Origin: Candidatus Hodarchaeota archaeon
GTDB lineage: Archaea; Asgardarchaeota; Heimdallarchaeia; Hodarchaeales; Hodarchaeaceae
Length of the DNA stretch: 64,000 nucleotides
NCBI GenBank assembly: GCA_029856365.1
Contig: JAHQWW010000006.1
Location: forward strand, 21,555 to 85,554
Reading direction: 5' to 3'
Part shown: positions 21,565 to 31,118 of the stretch, piece by piece
Position numbering within the stretch: the stretch's first letter is position 1
Layout of the letters: each line of letters opens with the position of its first letter
Notes under the pieces: generated by a model
Database searches by the model: none
The model's input: only the letters and a program-made list of their open reading frames with translations
What the model was told of the DNA's origin: nothing
Translations under genes and position numbers: made by a program

Positions 21565-21669
21565 TCGAGATTGAATTAATCATCAAGGATATATCACAGG
21601 AACAATTTTTTGAATATCACTGAAGAGAGAGTTTCCTTCTCAATTAACTATCATATCATGATTTGATAA

Positions 21670-21987
21670 TTAATAACTTACCGGATATACAAGCACAATA
21701 ACTCCTATAATCACAATCATAAGTAGACAAATAATGAACCATTCGCGAAAATATCGCTTTTGGACTACAGGATCCGAGGTTTTAGTCAACTGTGTCCGAA
21801 AATTCCATGTAATCAACAAAAGGATAGCTGTAAGAAATATAGGCATCAAATTCAGTACAGTATTGTCGAGAACACTCATATATAAGAATATAGCGATGAT
21901 TAAGATGAAACCATAGCCGATCAAAGAGATATCCAGCAATTTGACTGGTTTAGGAAGATTAAACCATCCTTCAAGATCAGAACTCAT
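21670..21987 (-). CDS. Small membrane protein (3 TM), unknown function
   Basis: Three hydrophobic segments; ATG start. Confidence 0.65.
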   Translation of the reverse strand: MSSDLEGWFNLPKPVKLLDISLIGYGFILIIAIFLYMSVLDNTVLNLMPIFLTAILLLITWNFRTQLTKTSDPVVQKRYFREWFIICLLMIVIIGVIVLVYPVSY

Positions 21988-22351
21988 GAGGTTTTCCTCT
22001 AGATAGTTTAACTAAACAGTTTTATTTCAATTTTTTAGTGTTTTCAGTGTTTTAGTCTCCCCTAAGCTTAGTAATCAGTCTGGAACATTCTGTAATGTGG
22101 TGTATTATTACAGAACTGTCGTTGCCAGTTTTTTACAGAAACCTCACTCCAGGGTTGGGAGAAGGTTCTTAAGGACTGAATTGTCAATGAAGATATTTCA
22201 ATTGATTTGCTATTTTAAATTTAATTATGAATCTAGTTTCACCCAATTTTAATTTTCCTAAATTCTCTATCTTTTTTGGAACTATAAAAGAATATTTTAA
22301 AAATTCAGCCCATTTTACCATCTAATGATGAATATATTGGGGAATCTTCCA

Positions 22352-23671
22352 ATGAAACGAATAAAAACTGTTATAATAGGCGCTGCTGGACGAGATTTCC
22401 ATAATTTTAACACTTATTTTCGTAATAATGAAAGATATGACGTGGTAGCATTTACTGCCACTCAAATTCCCGATATTTCAGGACGAAAATATCCTGCTGA
22501 ATTAGCTGGATTTTTATATCCCGAAGGTATCCCTATTTATCCTGAAAAAGATTTACCGTCCTTAATTAGGCAACATAAAGTCGATCAGGTGATCATGGCG
22601 TATTCTGATATCTCCCATGTTCAAGTTATGCAAAAAGCTTCTCATGTCCTTGCTATTGGACCAGATTTTAGATTAATGGGAACTAAGCATACTTGTATAA
22701 AGTCAAACAAACCAGTTATTGCAGTATGCGCTGTCAGAACAGGAGCAGGCAAGAGTCAAGTCTCTAGGAGACTGGGCCAAATCTTACGAAAGCATGGAAA
22801 GCGTGTTGCAGTTATTCGGCACCCAATGCCTTATGGTGAATTAAGAAAACAAATTTGTCAGCGATTTGGTGATTTAGCTGACTTAGATAAACATGAATGC
22901 ACTATAGAAGAGCGTGAAGAATATGCTCCTCATATTGAGGCAGGTAATTTAGTTTTCGCTGGTGTAGATTACGATGTAATTCTAAAAGAAGCAGAGAAAG
23001 AAGCAGATATTATTTTGTGGGATGGAGGAAATAATGATTTTCCTTTTTATGCCCCAGACTTGTGGTTCACTGTTACCGATCCTCATCGTCTTGGACATGA
23101 AACTACTTATTATCCTGGTCACACAAATCTTTTAGCTAGTGACGTTATAATTGTAAATAAAGTCGATACCGCGAAAACAGAGGATGTTGAAACGTTAATA
23201 GAGACCATAAAAGTAGAGAATCCGAAAGCACAGATTATAAAAGCAGAGAGTATTGTAACGGTTGAAGATCCTGATATAATCAGAGAAAAACGTGTATTGG
23301 TTGTTGAAGATGGACCAACAGTGACTCATGGAGATATGGAATACGGTGCTGGGATGGTTGCAGCCAAAAATAATCATGCTTCAGAAATTATTGACCCTCG
23401 CCCTTTCGCAGTTCGTTCCATTAATGATACTTATGAAAAATACACACATCTTAAACAAGTTTTGCCTGCAATGGGATATGGAGCAAAACAGATCAAAGAC
23501 CTTGAAGAAACTATTAATAATACTAATGCCGATACTGTTATCATTGGTACCCCAATAGATTTACGAAGGTTAATTACTATTAACAAGCCTAATACTCGCA
23601 TTACTTATGATGTTGATGAGAAAAGTACTAAAGCTCTAGAAAATATCCTAGAAGCAAGAGGTTTTATATAA
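22352..23671 (+). CDS. Cyclic 2,3-diphosphoglycerate synthetase-like P-loop NTPase (COG2403-type)
   Basis: GAAGRDFHNFN, AVRTGAGKS, RHPMPYG, WDGGNND, VEDGPTVTHG, PAMGYG. Confidence 0.82.
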   Translation: MKRIKTVIIGAAGRDFHNFNTYFRNNERYDVVAFTATQIPDISGRKYPAELAGFLYPEGIPIYPEKDLPSLIRQHKVDQVIMAYSDISHVQVMQKASHVLAIGPDFRLMGTKHTCIKSNKPVIAVCAVRTGAGKSQVSRRLGQILRKHGKRVAVIRHPMPYGELRKQICQRFGDLADLDKHECTIEEREEYAPHIEAGNLVFAGVDYDVILKEAEKEADIILWDGGNNDFPFYAPDLWFTVTDPHRLGHETTYYPGHTNLLASDVIIVNKVDTAKTEDVETLIETIKVENPKAQIIKAESIVTVEDPDIIREKRVLVVEDGPTVTHGDMEYGAGMVAAKNNHASEIIDPRPFAVRSINDTYEKYTHLKQVLPAMGYGAKQIKDLEETINNTNADTVIIGTPIDLRRLITINKPNTRITYDVDEKSTKALENILEARGFI

Positions 23672-23872
23672 TTTAGATTAGTAAGGTTTATCTTCATCTG
23701 ATACTAGCTTTATTATTTTTCTTTGAGTTTTTAAGGTATCAATCAAATCAAGGTAGATTCAATGATTTAAGTTTCTCCCTCCGAAAAAATGTCCTAGAGA
23801 TAAGTTCTTTTGGTTAAAAAGCCTTTAATTAATACAAGAAAGCAATGATAGCATATATAAATTCTGAAAAGT

Positions 23873-24232
23873 TTAATAGGATTCTTGTGTTGATACAACC
23901 ACCATATATAAGCCAACAATTGCTACAAGTGCACTAACAAATGAAGTAATGACTCTTTCAAAAGGAGGATATTCGTAGTAATACATTAGAAATGAAATAA
24001 GAATGCTCCATCCGAGTCCAAGGCCTCCAATAATCGTTGCGTTATTTCCTTCATCGAATCCGAAACTCTCGCGATTTCCATACCCAAGTCCAATACCGCC
24101 AACTAATCCACCAAACCAGATTATAAATAATACAACATATGGAGGATCTGGCGGGGGTGGCAACGCAGTAATGACTGCTATCATTATACTAATTACAAAT
24201 ATTAATGTACCAATTAATGTAGGGGTTTTCAC
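23873..24232 (-). CDS. Small membrane protein (4 TM), unknown function
   Basis: Four hydrophobic Gly-rich segments; GTG start after GAGGT. Confidence 0.65.
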   Translation of the reverse strand: MKTPTLIGTLIFVISIMIAVITALPPPPDPPYVVLFIIWFGGLVGGIGLGYGNRESFGFDEGNNATIIGGLGLGWSILISFLMYYYEYPPFERVITSFVSALVAIVGLYMVVVSTQESY

Positions 24233-24658
24233 GTTATCAGACCTCTAAATAAATACACTCTTTGATAGTTAGATTCTCACAGCTGATATGACTTTTAATT
24301 TTTTTCATAATTGTACTCGATCTATCGTAAATTTAGATTTGACTAACACTCATTAGCAATTTTTCGTTTATAAGCGAGAAATAGTTATGTCGTGAAACGA
24401 ATTCATACAATCAAACCTCTATAACATAAATTCAGCATATTGGGTTGATAAATTAATCAAAAAGGTGATTAAATCTAAAAAAAAATTTTACATCTCTTTT
24501 TGTTACGCTCGCTATGTAGGATATTATAAGTTCCAAGGTTTGAAAAGGTATGGATAGAAACCTTTTCTCTTAAAATGAACATATTACTACAACAAAAATT
24601 TAAGACCATGATCAAGAGCGATGTAATCGTTGATTTTTCTCACGAAGTTTATGTTACA

Positions 24659-24815
24659 GGGCCCGTGGCTTAGCCTGGATAAAATTCTGGCTTAGCTTGC
24701 TTTTTGTAGGCTTAACCTAGATTACTCCAGATAGAGTACGGCGCTGCGAGAAGTGAGTATAAGTACCGCTTTCAGTAAGACGCTGGGATCGTGAGTTCAA
24801 ATCTCACCGGGCCCG
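24659..24815 (+). tRNA. tRNA-Arg(GCG) with two introns (24681-24732 in the D-loop; 24749-24778 at 36/37)
   Basis: Acceptor GGGCCCG/CGGGCCC; spliced D arm GCTT-AGCCTGGATA-GAGT; anticodon arm CGGCG-CT-GCG-GA-CGCTG; T arm GTGAG-TTCAAAT-CTCAC. Confidence 0.9.
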
Positions 24816-25067
24816 TTGCCAATTGTATGATCTTCCGACATGGTTATGCAGAGACTTGTTTATCATTAATTCTTTGTTTCAATCAATTTTGTCAGAAAAT
24901 AGATTATCGTTATTTTTCCTTTATTTTTCTGATTAATTTTAAAATTCACTAGACCTAATATCACAATATCATGAAGGAATTTAACTTAAGAAAAAGGACT
25001 TTAGGATATGTGAAAATCTACTTGTAAAATCTTATCTTTAGCTTATCTAGAATTCACCTACCTTCTC

Positions 25068-25403
25068 TTGGAAAAAAAAATGCGACTATCAATTGCTAAT
25101 ATATTTGGAACTTTCAATCGTTCCTTCAGAATAAAAAAAAATAGAATCCGCTGCATTTCAATACAGGATTTCACAGATACAGATGATATTGAACTTGAGA
25201 TGGAACATCATAGTTTAATAATTGTCTTTTTCAAAGAGTTTCGAATAAAACAACCAATGCGAGCCAAACGATTTTTGCAGCGACTAAATGCATTCATTCG
25301 GCAATATGAATATGATATGTTAAACCTAGGGAAACTTGATTATCTCTTTCTTTTACCAAAAGATTGTGAACTCACAACAAAGGCCTTAAGTTCAATTGTA
25401 TGA
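25068..25403 (+). CDS. sepF: SepF-like cell-division protein
   Basis: C-terminal pattern (IIVFF...KRFLQRL...DMLNLGKLDYLFLLP) resembles the archaeal SepF core; amphipathic N-terminus; divergent. Confidence 0.55.
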   Translation: MEKKMRLSIANIFGTFNRSFRIKKNRIRCISIQDFTDTDDIELEMEHHSLIIVFFKEFRIKQPMRAKRFLQRLNAFIRQYEYDMLNLGKLDYLFLLPKDCELTTKALSSIV

Positions 25404-25426
25404 CTTTTTAGTATTTATTGCCTTTC

Positions 25427-26692
25427 TTATTTTTTCTTCCCTAAATTTATGTATATGATTATTGCAGTTGATAGAAATAGGATAGAAGATGCCAAAAATA
25501 AGCCCTGAAGAGCTAGGTTTGGTGGGTTCGGTGTAGGAAATGGAGGTTTTATATATATGCGGCCAACACTTAATTCAAGAGGTAGATAACCGATACGGCT
25601 AGCGATGAACACTACATCACAATATCCATAACTCAAGCCCTCTGTACTCACCCAACCAGAATAATTGGAAGCATTATTAGGAAATATATGCATTATTCTT
25701 GAACTCAGAATAGTGCCTGTACGTTCAAGAGTAATGATTAGTTTTACTTGCGAAAGACTTTGGTTTTGAGAATTTACCAAAGTGACATTACCGTGAATTA
25801 TTTCTCCAATATCAATTGATTGACCATCTAAATCTACCCATGGATTATAAAAATTCATTATTCCAGTATTTTTTCCTAACCATCTTATCGCATTCAAAAT
25901 GAAATCTGTGTTATCTAAGAAAATCTTTGTAGTATTGGCAAGAGGTTCGATATAACTGTTATTAAACATGTCTACTGATCCAATAGCTAATATTCGGGCC
26001 CCATTTTCAAATTCTAGAGTTGAAATCAAAGTATTATTCCCCGATGGAGCTTCTTCAGAATTATCAACTAGGATAGGATTATAATACACTATAGCTGGAG
26101 ATTGATAACTTTCTAGCTTTGATTCATTTACTGATATTCCCATTCCGTTGGGGCATATGATTTGGGAAATGTTTTCCGTTAAAGGAGTAATTGGTGTCGT
26201 GAAATTTCGAGCCAAGGCCTTTTTTGATATAATAGAGCTTGAATAATTGAAGGTTAAACCAAAAACATTCAGGACATCATTTGATGGCTCTCTCGTTTGG
26301 TTTCTATAACTGGAAGCTATCAGTACGGAGTTCCCTTTCTTTATAAACTCTTCTAAGACCATAATTTCCGTTTCAGGATCAAAGCTTAAGGTAGGTGCTA
26401 ATATAGTTAATACATCAATACCTGCTAAATTCTCCGACGTGAATTTTTCCTTAAGAAATACAACTTGCTGGGAACTAAAGGTAGTATTAAGAATGGACGT
26501 CAAATTAGTGATCTCACTGGTATTAATATCATTTTGGTGATATATATCAATTCCAATAATGATTTCAGATTCAATGGTGGGTTTAACTGTTCCCTGAACT
26601 ATTATTAGATTCAAATAAGAATTATTAGTAGTAAGAATAGTGAGAAAGAATACTATGACTATTATGATCCAAGAATTCTTCAGTTTACTCAA
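25427..26692 (-). CDS. Wbp1/OST48-like (GIFT-domain) single-pass membrane glycoprotein
   Basis: Signal peptide; FIKKGNSVLIASS, NGARILAIGSVDMF and N.DF...IRWL.KNTG.M match Wbp1/DDOST-type motifs; C-terminal TM followed by KKK. Confidence 0.62.
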   Translation of the reverse strand: MSKLKNSWIIIVIVFFLTILTTNNSYLNLIIVQGTVKPTIESEIIIGIDIYHQNDINTSEITNLTSILNTTFSSQQVVFLKEKFTSENLAGIDVLTILAPTLSFDPETEIMVLEEFIKKGNSVLIASSYRNQTREPSNDVLNVFGLTFNYSSSIISKKALARNFTTPITPLTENISQIICPNGMGISVNESKLESYQSPAIVYYNPILVDNSEEAPSGNNTLISTLEFENGARILAIGSVDMFNNSYIEPLANTTKIFLDNTDFILNAIRWLGKNTGIMNFYNPWVDLDGQSIDIGEIIHGNVTLVNSQNQSLSQVKLIITLERTGTILSSRIMHIFPNNASNYSGWVSTEGLSYGYCDVVFIASRIGYLPLELSVGRIYIKPPFPTPNPPNLALQGLFLASSILFLSTAIIIYINLGKKK

Positions 26693-26870
26693 TAAAAATT
26701 CCTCTTTCTTAATATTCGTTGTCTTTCTTGAATTAGTATGTCACATATTGTATATCCGACTATTAGAGAAATATCGGAGGCGTAGAAGGTCAATTTTAAC
26801 CCATTATACTGTCTTTTTTATGTACTTGGTTTTTTGATAATTATGGAAATTACTTTTCTAGGTTCAAAGA

Positions 26871-27440
26871 TTAAGGTACCACAGCACGATAGATGATAAA
26901 CTCACCTGCTGTGGGACTTTTACGTATTATTTTCAGTACATCTCCGACTTTAGCACCTAGAAGTTGTACAGCAGGATCTTCCGCTGATATTTTTGGTAAT
27001 TGATACTTGAAAATAGAATATCTTTTCTCTAATTCCTTGATTTCGTCTTCGGTGGCAAATTCATGTAGAGGTACTAAATAATGTTTAAATAAATTAAAGA
27101 AAGGAAACTTGATCGAAAAGGTTTCAATATTAGCGGCTTTTGCCTCTCGTTTCGCATAATGAGTATATTTGCTTAAGGCAAGCAGAATGGCGTGATCATA
27201 ATTTTTTTTCTCTATTTCTTCCTTGTAATCACGTAATTCCCGAACACCAACAACTTCTTTTGTTGGAATACGTACAATAATTGTTTTCTTGTTGGCGTCT
27301 TTTCCGTAAATATCATAAAATTCATCCTTTTCAATCTCAGAAGTTACAGTAAACCCTCTTGTTGAAAGAATTGATTTAGCTCCGTCAATAACTCGTTCTT
27401 TACGGCCACTCACACTCTGTATTCTCCAAATGCAGCTCAT
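26871..27440 (-). CDS. rpoH: RNA polymerase subunit Rpo5/RPB5 with an extra N-terminal domain
   Basis: C-terminal HYLVPLHE, QLPKI..EDP, RKSPTAGE..YR; about 110-aa N-terminal extension; real start may be GTG 27413. Confidence 0.92.
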   Translation of the reverse strand: MSCIWRIQSVSGRKERVIDGAKSILSTRGFTVTSEIEKDEFYDIYGKDANKKTIIVRIPTKEVVGVRELRDYKEEIEKKNYDHAILLALSKYTHYAKREAKAANIETFSIKFPFFNLFKHYLVPLHEFATEDEIKELEKRYSIFKYQLPKISAEDPAVQLLGAKVGDVLKIIRKSPTAGEFIIYRAVVP

Positions 27441-27640
27441 TCTGTCAATGATGTCGCGTTTTTTTGTGTTTTTCTCTTTTTTGAGTCACATAAATCCTGT
27501 TAAAATCTTCGTTCAGTCTCCCTCGGAAAAAATCCAGACATGAAAGGAATTATTTACCAAAAATTTCAGCTTAAAATGATTTTTACTGAAGAATTTTAAA
27601 AAAAAATACTACCTTCGAGAAATAAAAACGAATTTCCTGT

Positions 27641-29653
27641 TTATGATACAGATTCTTCTAATCCCTTAGAAGGAATCGGGAAAAAATCATCATTTTGATA
27701 CTTGACTAATGGACAGAAATCATTACAAATCAGGCAGCGAGTACATTGCTTTTCAACAACTTTAATAACTCCTGATTCGACTAGAAGAGCATTATTATCG
27801 CATTGATAGGTACAAATCCCACATCCGTCACAATAGATTATTCGGTATAATGTTCTAACTAGAGAATTAATTGTTTTAACTAATAACGGAATATTTTTAC
27901 TTTTAATTGTAATAGAACCATCTCGAAAGATGTCTATACGTCCTTGTTTCTTTGTTGTAATTGATAGAATGTCCATTTCCTTATTATATTCAATGGGACC
28001 ATGGATTGAAATTAAACGCCTAATTCTTGGTAAATCTAGCATTTGATTTGCTAACACATATGCTGAATAACCACCTTGAGTACATGGAGATGGAGAATTT
28101 ATAACACGAAAAGCTAACTTAATTTCATTTAAAAAAGACAAATTTTGGCTTGAATATATTATATTGTGAGCTTTCAATAAATTAATAACCTTCTGAGGCA
28201 AGAATTTCCAGCGCCATAATCCCCAACTGATATACTGATCTGGTAATCCATGTTTCTCTTGAATTTTGTGCAGTTTGTATTCTAATTTACTAATTAATGA
28301 GGGATAGGATTCATTCATGATTTTAAAATCAGCCAAGGTTGAAGCAGGGCACAACCAGCAACCGATTCTAATAAGTCCTTTGAAATATAATGGATTCAAA
28401 AATTTCACAAGGTTATGTTTTTGAATGTATAAAAAAACTTCAAAAGCATTCCAGTTTCTAATTGGTGACGCTGTGATTTGTTTAGGAATCCACGGATTTT
28501 GAGACACTTGTGGTTCTCGAGAACGTCCTAATGATTCATATCTTCTTCTTCCAATGTAAGTTAGTACCTGTTTATCACCAGGAAAGATTTTTTCCAATAT
28601 TTTATTCACAGGTAATAATTTGGCTGATTTACAACACCATCGAGAGTTCCTCGAGGGTGGTCCAAACTGATCAAATCGTTTCCAAAATTCCCAAGACTCA
28701 TTTTTTTGCGTAATTACTTTTCTTTGATATTTTTGCTCAATTAATCCCATATTTTCGAGTGTTTCAGGATATTCCAGACCTGTATCAGAAAAAATAATCT
28801 CATAGGATACATTAGACCGCGCCACTAGATCTAACGTTACTAGAGAATCTTTTCCACCAGAATAAGCCACAACATGCTTTTCAAACCTCTTTGCTATTCT
28901 TTCAATGAATTTAATTGCATCTTTTTCAAGAATTTCCAGTGAATGTAAGTTAGCATCAATTATTTGTTCCCAAGTTAGCGTCTTTGGGCTTATTGTACAA
29001 GTGACTTTCTTCTTACGATACTTTGTTTTAACAGCAACGCCCTTGTTGTGTGATCCCATTTGACCACCTTTCATTTTAGCAAGACCAACTGCAATTACTT
29101 CGTTTTGACATACGATTATTACAGGATCATTCACAGAAATATTTGTATCAGCAGATACAACACCAGGGGAAAGGACTGAAGCACCCTTAATGATTGGTTC
29201 TTTAGCTCCGATATCAACAGCCACCCATCCTTTGGATTGAGCATTCCATAATTCTATTGCTAGAGAGATTCTGGGAAGTAACTCAAAATTCTCTTTAACA
29301 AGATTAAATCGAAAAATTCCGATTATTTCACCTTGTAGAATTATTTCATCCATACGGTCTATGAAAGGAACTTTATTTAGAAGAATCACTTGATTCTTAA
29401 TCAATTTTCGAAACTTTTGGGCAGAAACATCACCAAATTGAGTTTTAACCACTGAAATCATCCTCCCCAAATCACCTTGAAATGCAGGCCGAAAGTCTCC
29501 AGGAGGAGATAACAATATTTTTCTCCCTTTTTCTTGACATAGAGAACATTTTTCACGAATTAGTGGCACATGACATGAATCACACCAAAAGAACCTTATT
29601 TTTCCTAAATAGGGTATTTTCACTTTCGTTTCGCCGCTACTAAGAATTAACAA
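27641..29653 (-). CDS. PAPS-reductase-family PP-loop protein with PUA and 4Fe-4S domains
   Basis: N-terminal zinc finger, PUA (GASVLSPGV), SGGKDS, RWCC, RIGCWLCP, C-terminal ferredoxin cysteines; start may be GTG 29623. Confidence 0.85.
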   Translation of the reverse strand: MLILSSGETKVKIPYLGKIRFFWCDSCHVPLIREKCSLCQEKGRKILLSPPGDFRPAFQGDLGRMISVVKTQFGDVSAQKFRKLIKNQVILLNKVPFIDRMDEIILQGEIIGIFRFNLVKENFELLPRISLAIELWNAQSKGWVAVDIGAKEPIIKGASVLSPGVVSADTNISVNDPVIIVCQNEVIAVGLAKMKGGQMGSHNKGVAVKTKYRKKKVTCTISPKTLTWEQIIDANLHSLEILEKDAIKFIERIAKRFEKHVVAYSGGKDSLVTLDLVARSNVSYEIIFSDTGLEYPETLENMGLIEQKYQRKVITQKNESWEFWKRFDQFGPPSRNSRWCCKSAKLLPVNKILEKIFPGDKQVLTYIGRRRYESLGRSREPQVSQNPWIPKQITASPIRNWNAFEVFLYIQKHNLVKFLNPLYFKGLIRIGCWLCPASTLADFKIMNESYPSLISKLEYKLHKIQEKHGLPDQYISWGLWRWKFLPQKVINLLKAHNIIYSSQNLSFLNEIKLAFRVINSPSPCTQGGYSAYVLANQMLDLPRIRRLISIHGPIEYNKEMDILSITTKKQGRIDIFRDGSITIKSKNIPLLVKTINSLVRTLYRIIYCDGCGICTYQCDNNALLVESGVIKVVEKQCTRCLICNDFCPLVKYQNDDFFPIPSKGLEESVS

Positions 29654-29926
29654 ATTGTATTAGAAGGAAGATTTGTAATAAATAAATTTAAACGTTTAAT
29701 TCTATGTCACTCATAATAAAAAAAGAAGAAATAGAAAATCTTTTTGAGATTACCTCATAGGATTCTTGGTAGTTAAAAAATTCTTAATGAACTTATTTTT
29801 AATAGTCTTACGATGATAAAAATTAATGAGAAAATGAATTATAACAAAGAATTACCCCATATACGAAGTAACGCCAATTCTATTAATTGAAAAAGAAAAA
29901 TATTCCTAAATAAAATTGTGGAAAAC

Positions 29927-30352
29927 ATGCCATCACCTTTTTGTAAGAAATGTGGAACTTTGATTGTACCTAGGGCGAAAAAAACGAGGAAAAATATAAT
30001 ATTCTGGTGCCCAAACTGTCGAGAAGAAATTGAAATTGAAGATACTACTATTTTCCAGGAACATTCACCAATAGAACATACCCCTCGCGATTATACTCGT
30101 ATTCTAGAGGATGAACCACCTCCAATACCTAAGATTTTTAGTCAAACATATGAGGAACGTCGTAAAAAACAATGCCATCATCCTAATGCTGTCTTTCAAG
30201 GTTTCTATCAGTTTTCTCGTGGAGATGAGGCGTCACGAAAATATTGGTACTGTAAAGACTGTGGCCAAGTTTTTCGATTTTCTGGCAGAGTAGATATAAA
30301 GCCAAGACGGCGACTAATATCTAAAGAGGATGAAACTAATCCCAAGAAATAA
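29927..30352 (+). CDS. TFS/RPB9-family zinc-ribbon transcription factor (divergent)
   Basis: FCKKCG...CPNC N-terminal ribbon; QFSRGDE resembling QTRSADE; CKDC. Confidence 0.72.
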   Translation: MPSPFCKKCGTLIVPRAKKTRKNIIFWCPNCREEIEIEDTTIFQEHSPIEHTPRDYTRILEDEPPPIPKIFSQTYEERRKKQCHHPNAVFQGFYQFSRGDEASRKYWYCKDCGQVFRFSGRVDIKPRRRLISKEDETNPKK

Positions 30353-30624
30353 GATGATCATTGATTAAATAGAAAAAGTAGTTTGTAACTCCATTAGCTA
30401 GCCTTTTTTGATGAATAAATTAATAGAAAGTATTTTCAAATGAAAAAAATGTACCTCATCTTTTTATATTATCCGAAATCCAAGAAAGTACTTATTTGTA
30501 TGTTTTAGATTAGATAGATAGAATAATAACTTTTAATAAAGTGTCTTAAGTTGTTTTATATACCATTTCAGTGTTACATATTTAAATGACGAAATTGTTA
30601 CACCTATCCAAAGGTTGTAAGTGT

Positions 30625-31080
30625 ATGATTAAGGATGAAAAAAGAAGATTTTATAACGCTCTTAAAGAGTATAACGGGCAAAAATATTCAGGAATGAAAG
30701 TAGGAGGGAAACATGGATGGAATTATAAGGATGGGAAGTGGAATGAGACGAAAATATCGCCAGATATGTGGAAATTTGTGTTTATTTGTAATAAATATCG
30801 AATTCATCAGGCACCAATAAGAACAGGAGCACTGAATAACACAGAATTCCTTTGGTATATAATTGCAGATCAAAAGGTTAATAAAATGAACGCAAATACC
30901 TATAGAACAGAAATGACTGGTTTAAAATACAAAATAGCACATAAACGACCCCATTGGAATCATTGGAGTTATCATTACAAAGGAGAAACATATGAAGATA
31001 GGAAAATTAGAGTATTGGAAGAAGTCCTTGAACAGTTGAAAATAAAGAGAAAAAACAGAGAATTAACAAATTTTTTCTGA
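30625..31080 (+). CDS. Conserved hypothetical protein (basic, aromatic-rich)
   Basis: YSGMKVGGKH.W.Y..GKW.ETK...WYIIADQ...MTGLKYKIAHKR pattern, recalled from an uncharacterised family. Confidence 0.6.
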   Translation: MIKDEKRRFYNALKEYNGQKYSGMKVGGKHGWNYKDGKWNETKISPDMWKFVFICNKYRIHQAPIRTGALNNTEFLWYIIADQKVNKMNANTYRTEMTGLKYKIAHKRPHWNHWSYHYKGETYEDRKIRVLEEVLEQLKIKRKNRELTNFF

Positions 31081-31118
31081 AATAAAAAGAGGGAGAATTA
31101 TTCATTACTCAAGACATT

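Noticed and set aside
22352-23671. Functional link between the cDPGS-like gene and the FkbH cluster via bisphosphoglycerate
   Set aside because: More than 30 kb apart, different substrates (2,3- versus 1,3-BPG), and this subfamily's activity is uncertain
24750-24779. Canonical 37/38 placement of the tRNA-Arg anticodon intron
   Set aside because: C32-C35 cannot pair with the required intron bases (AGTA); 36/37 gives a 4-bp helix and G37
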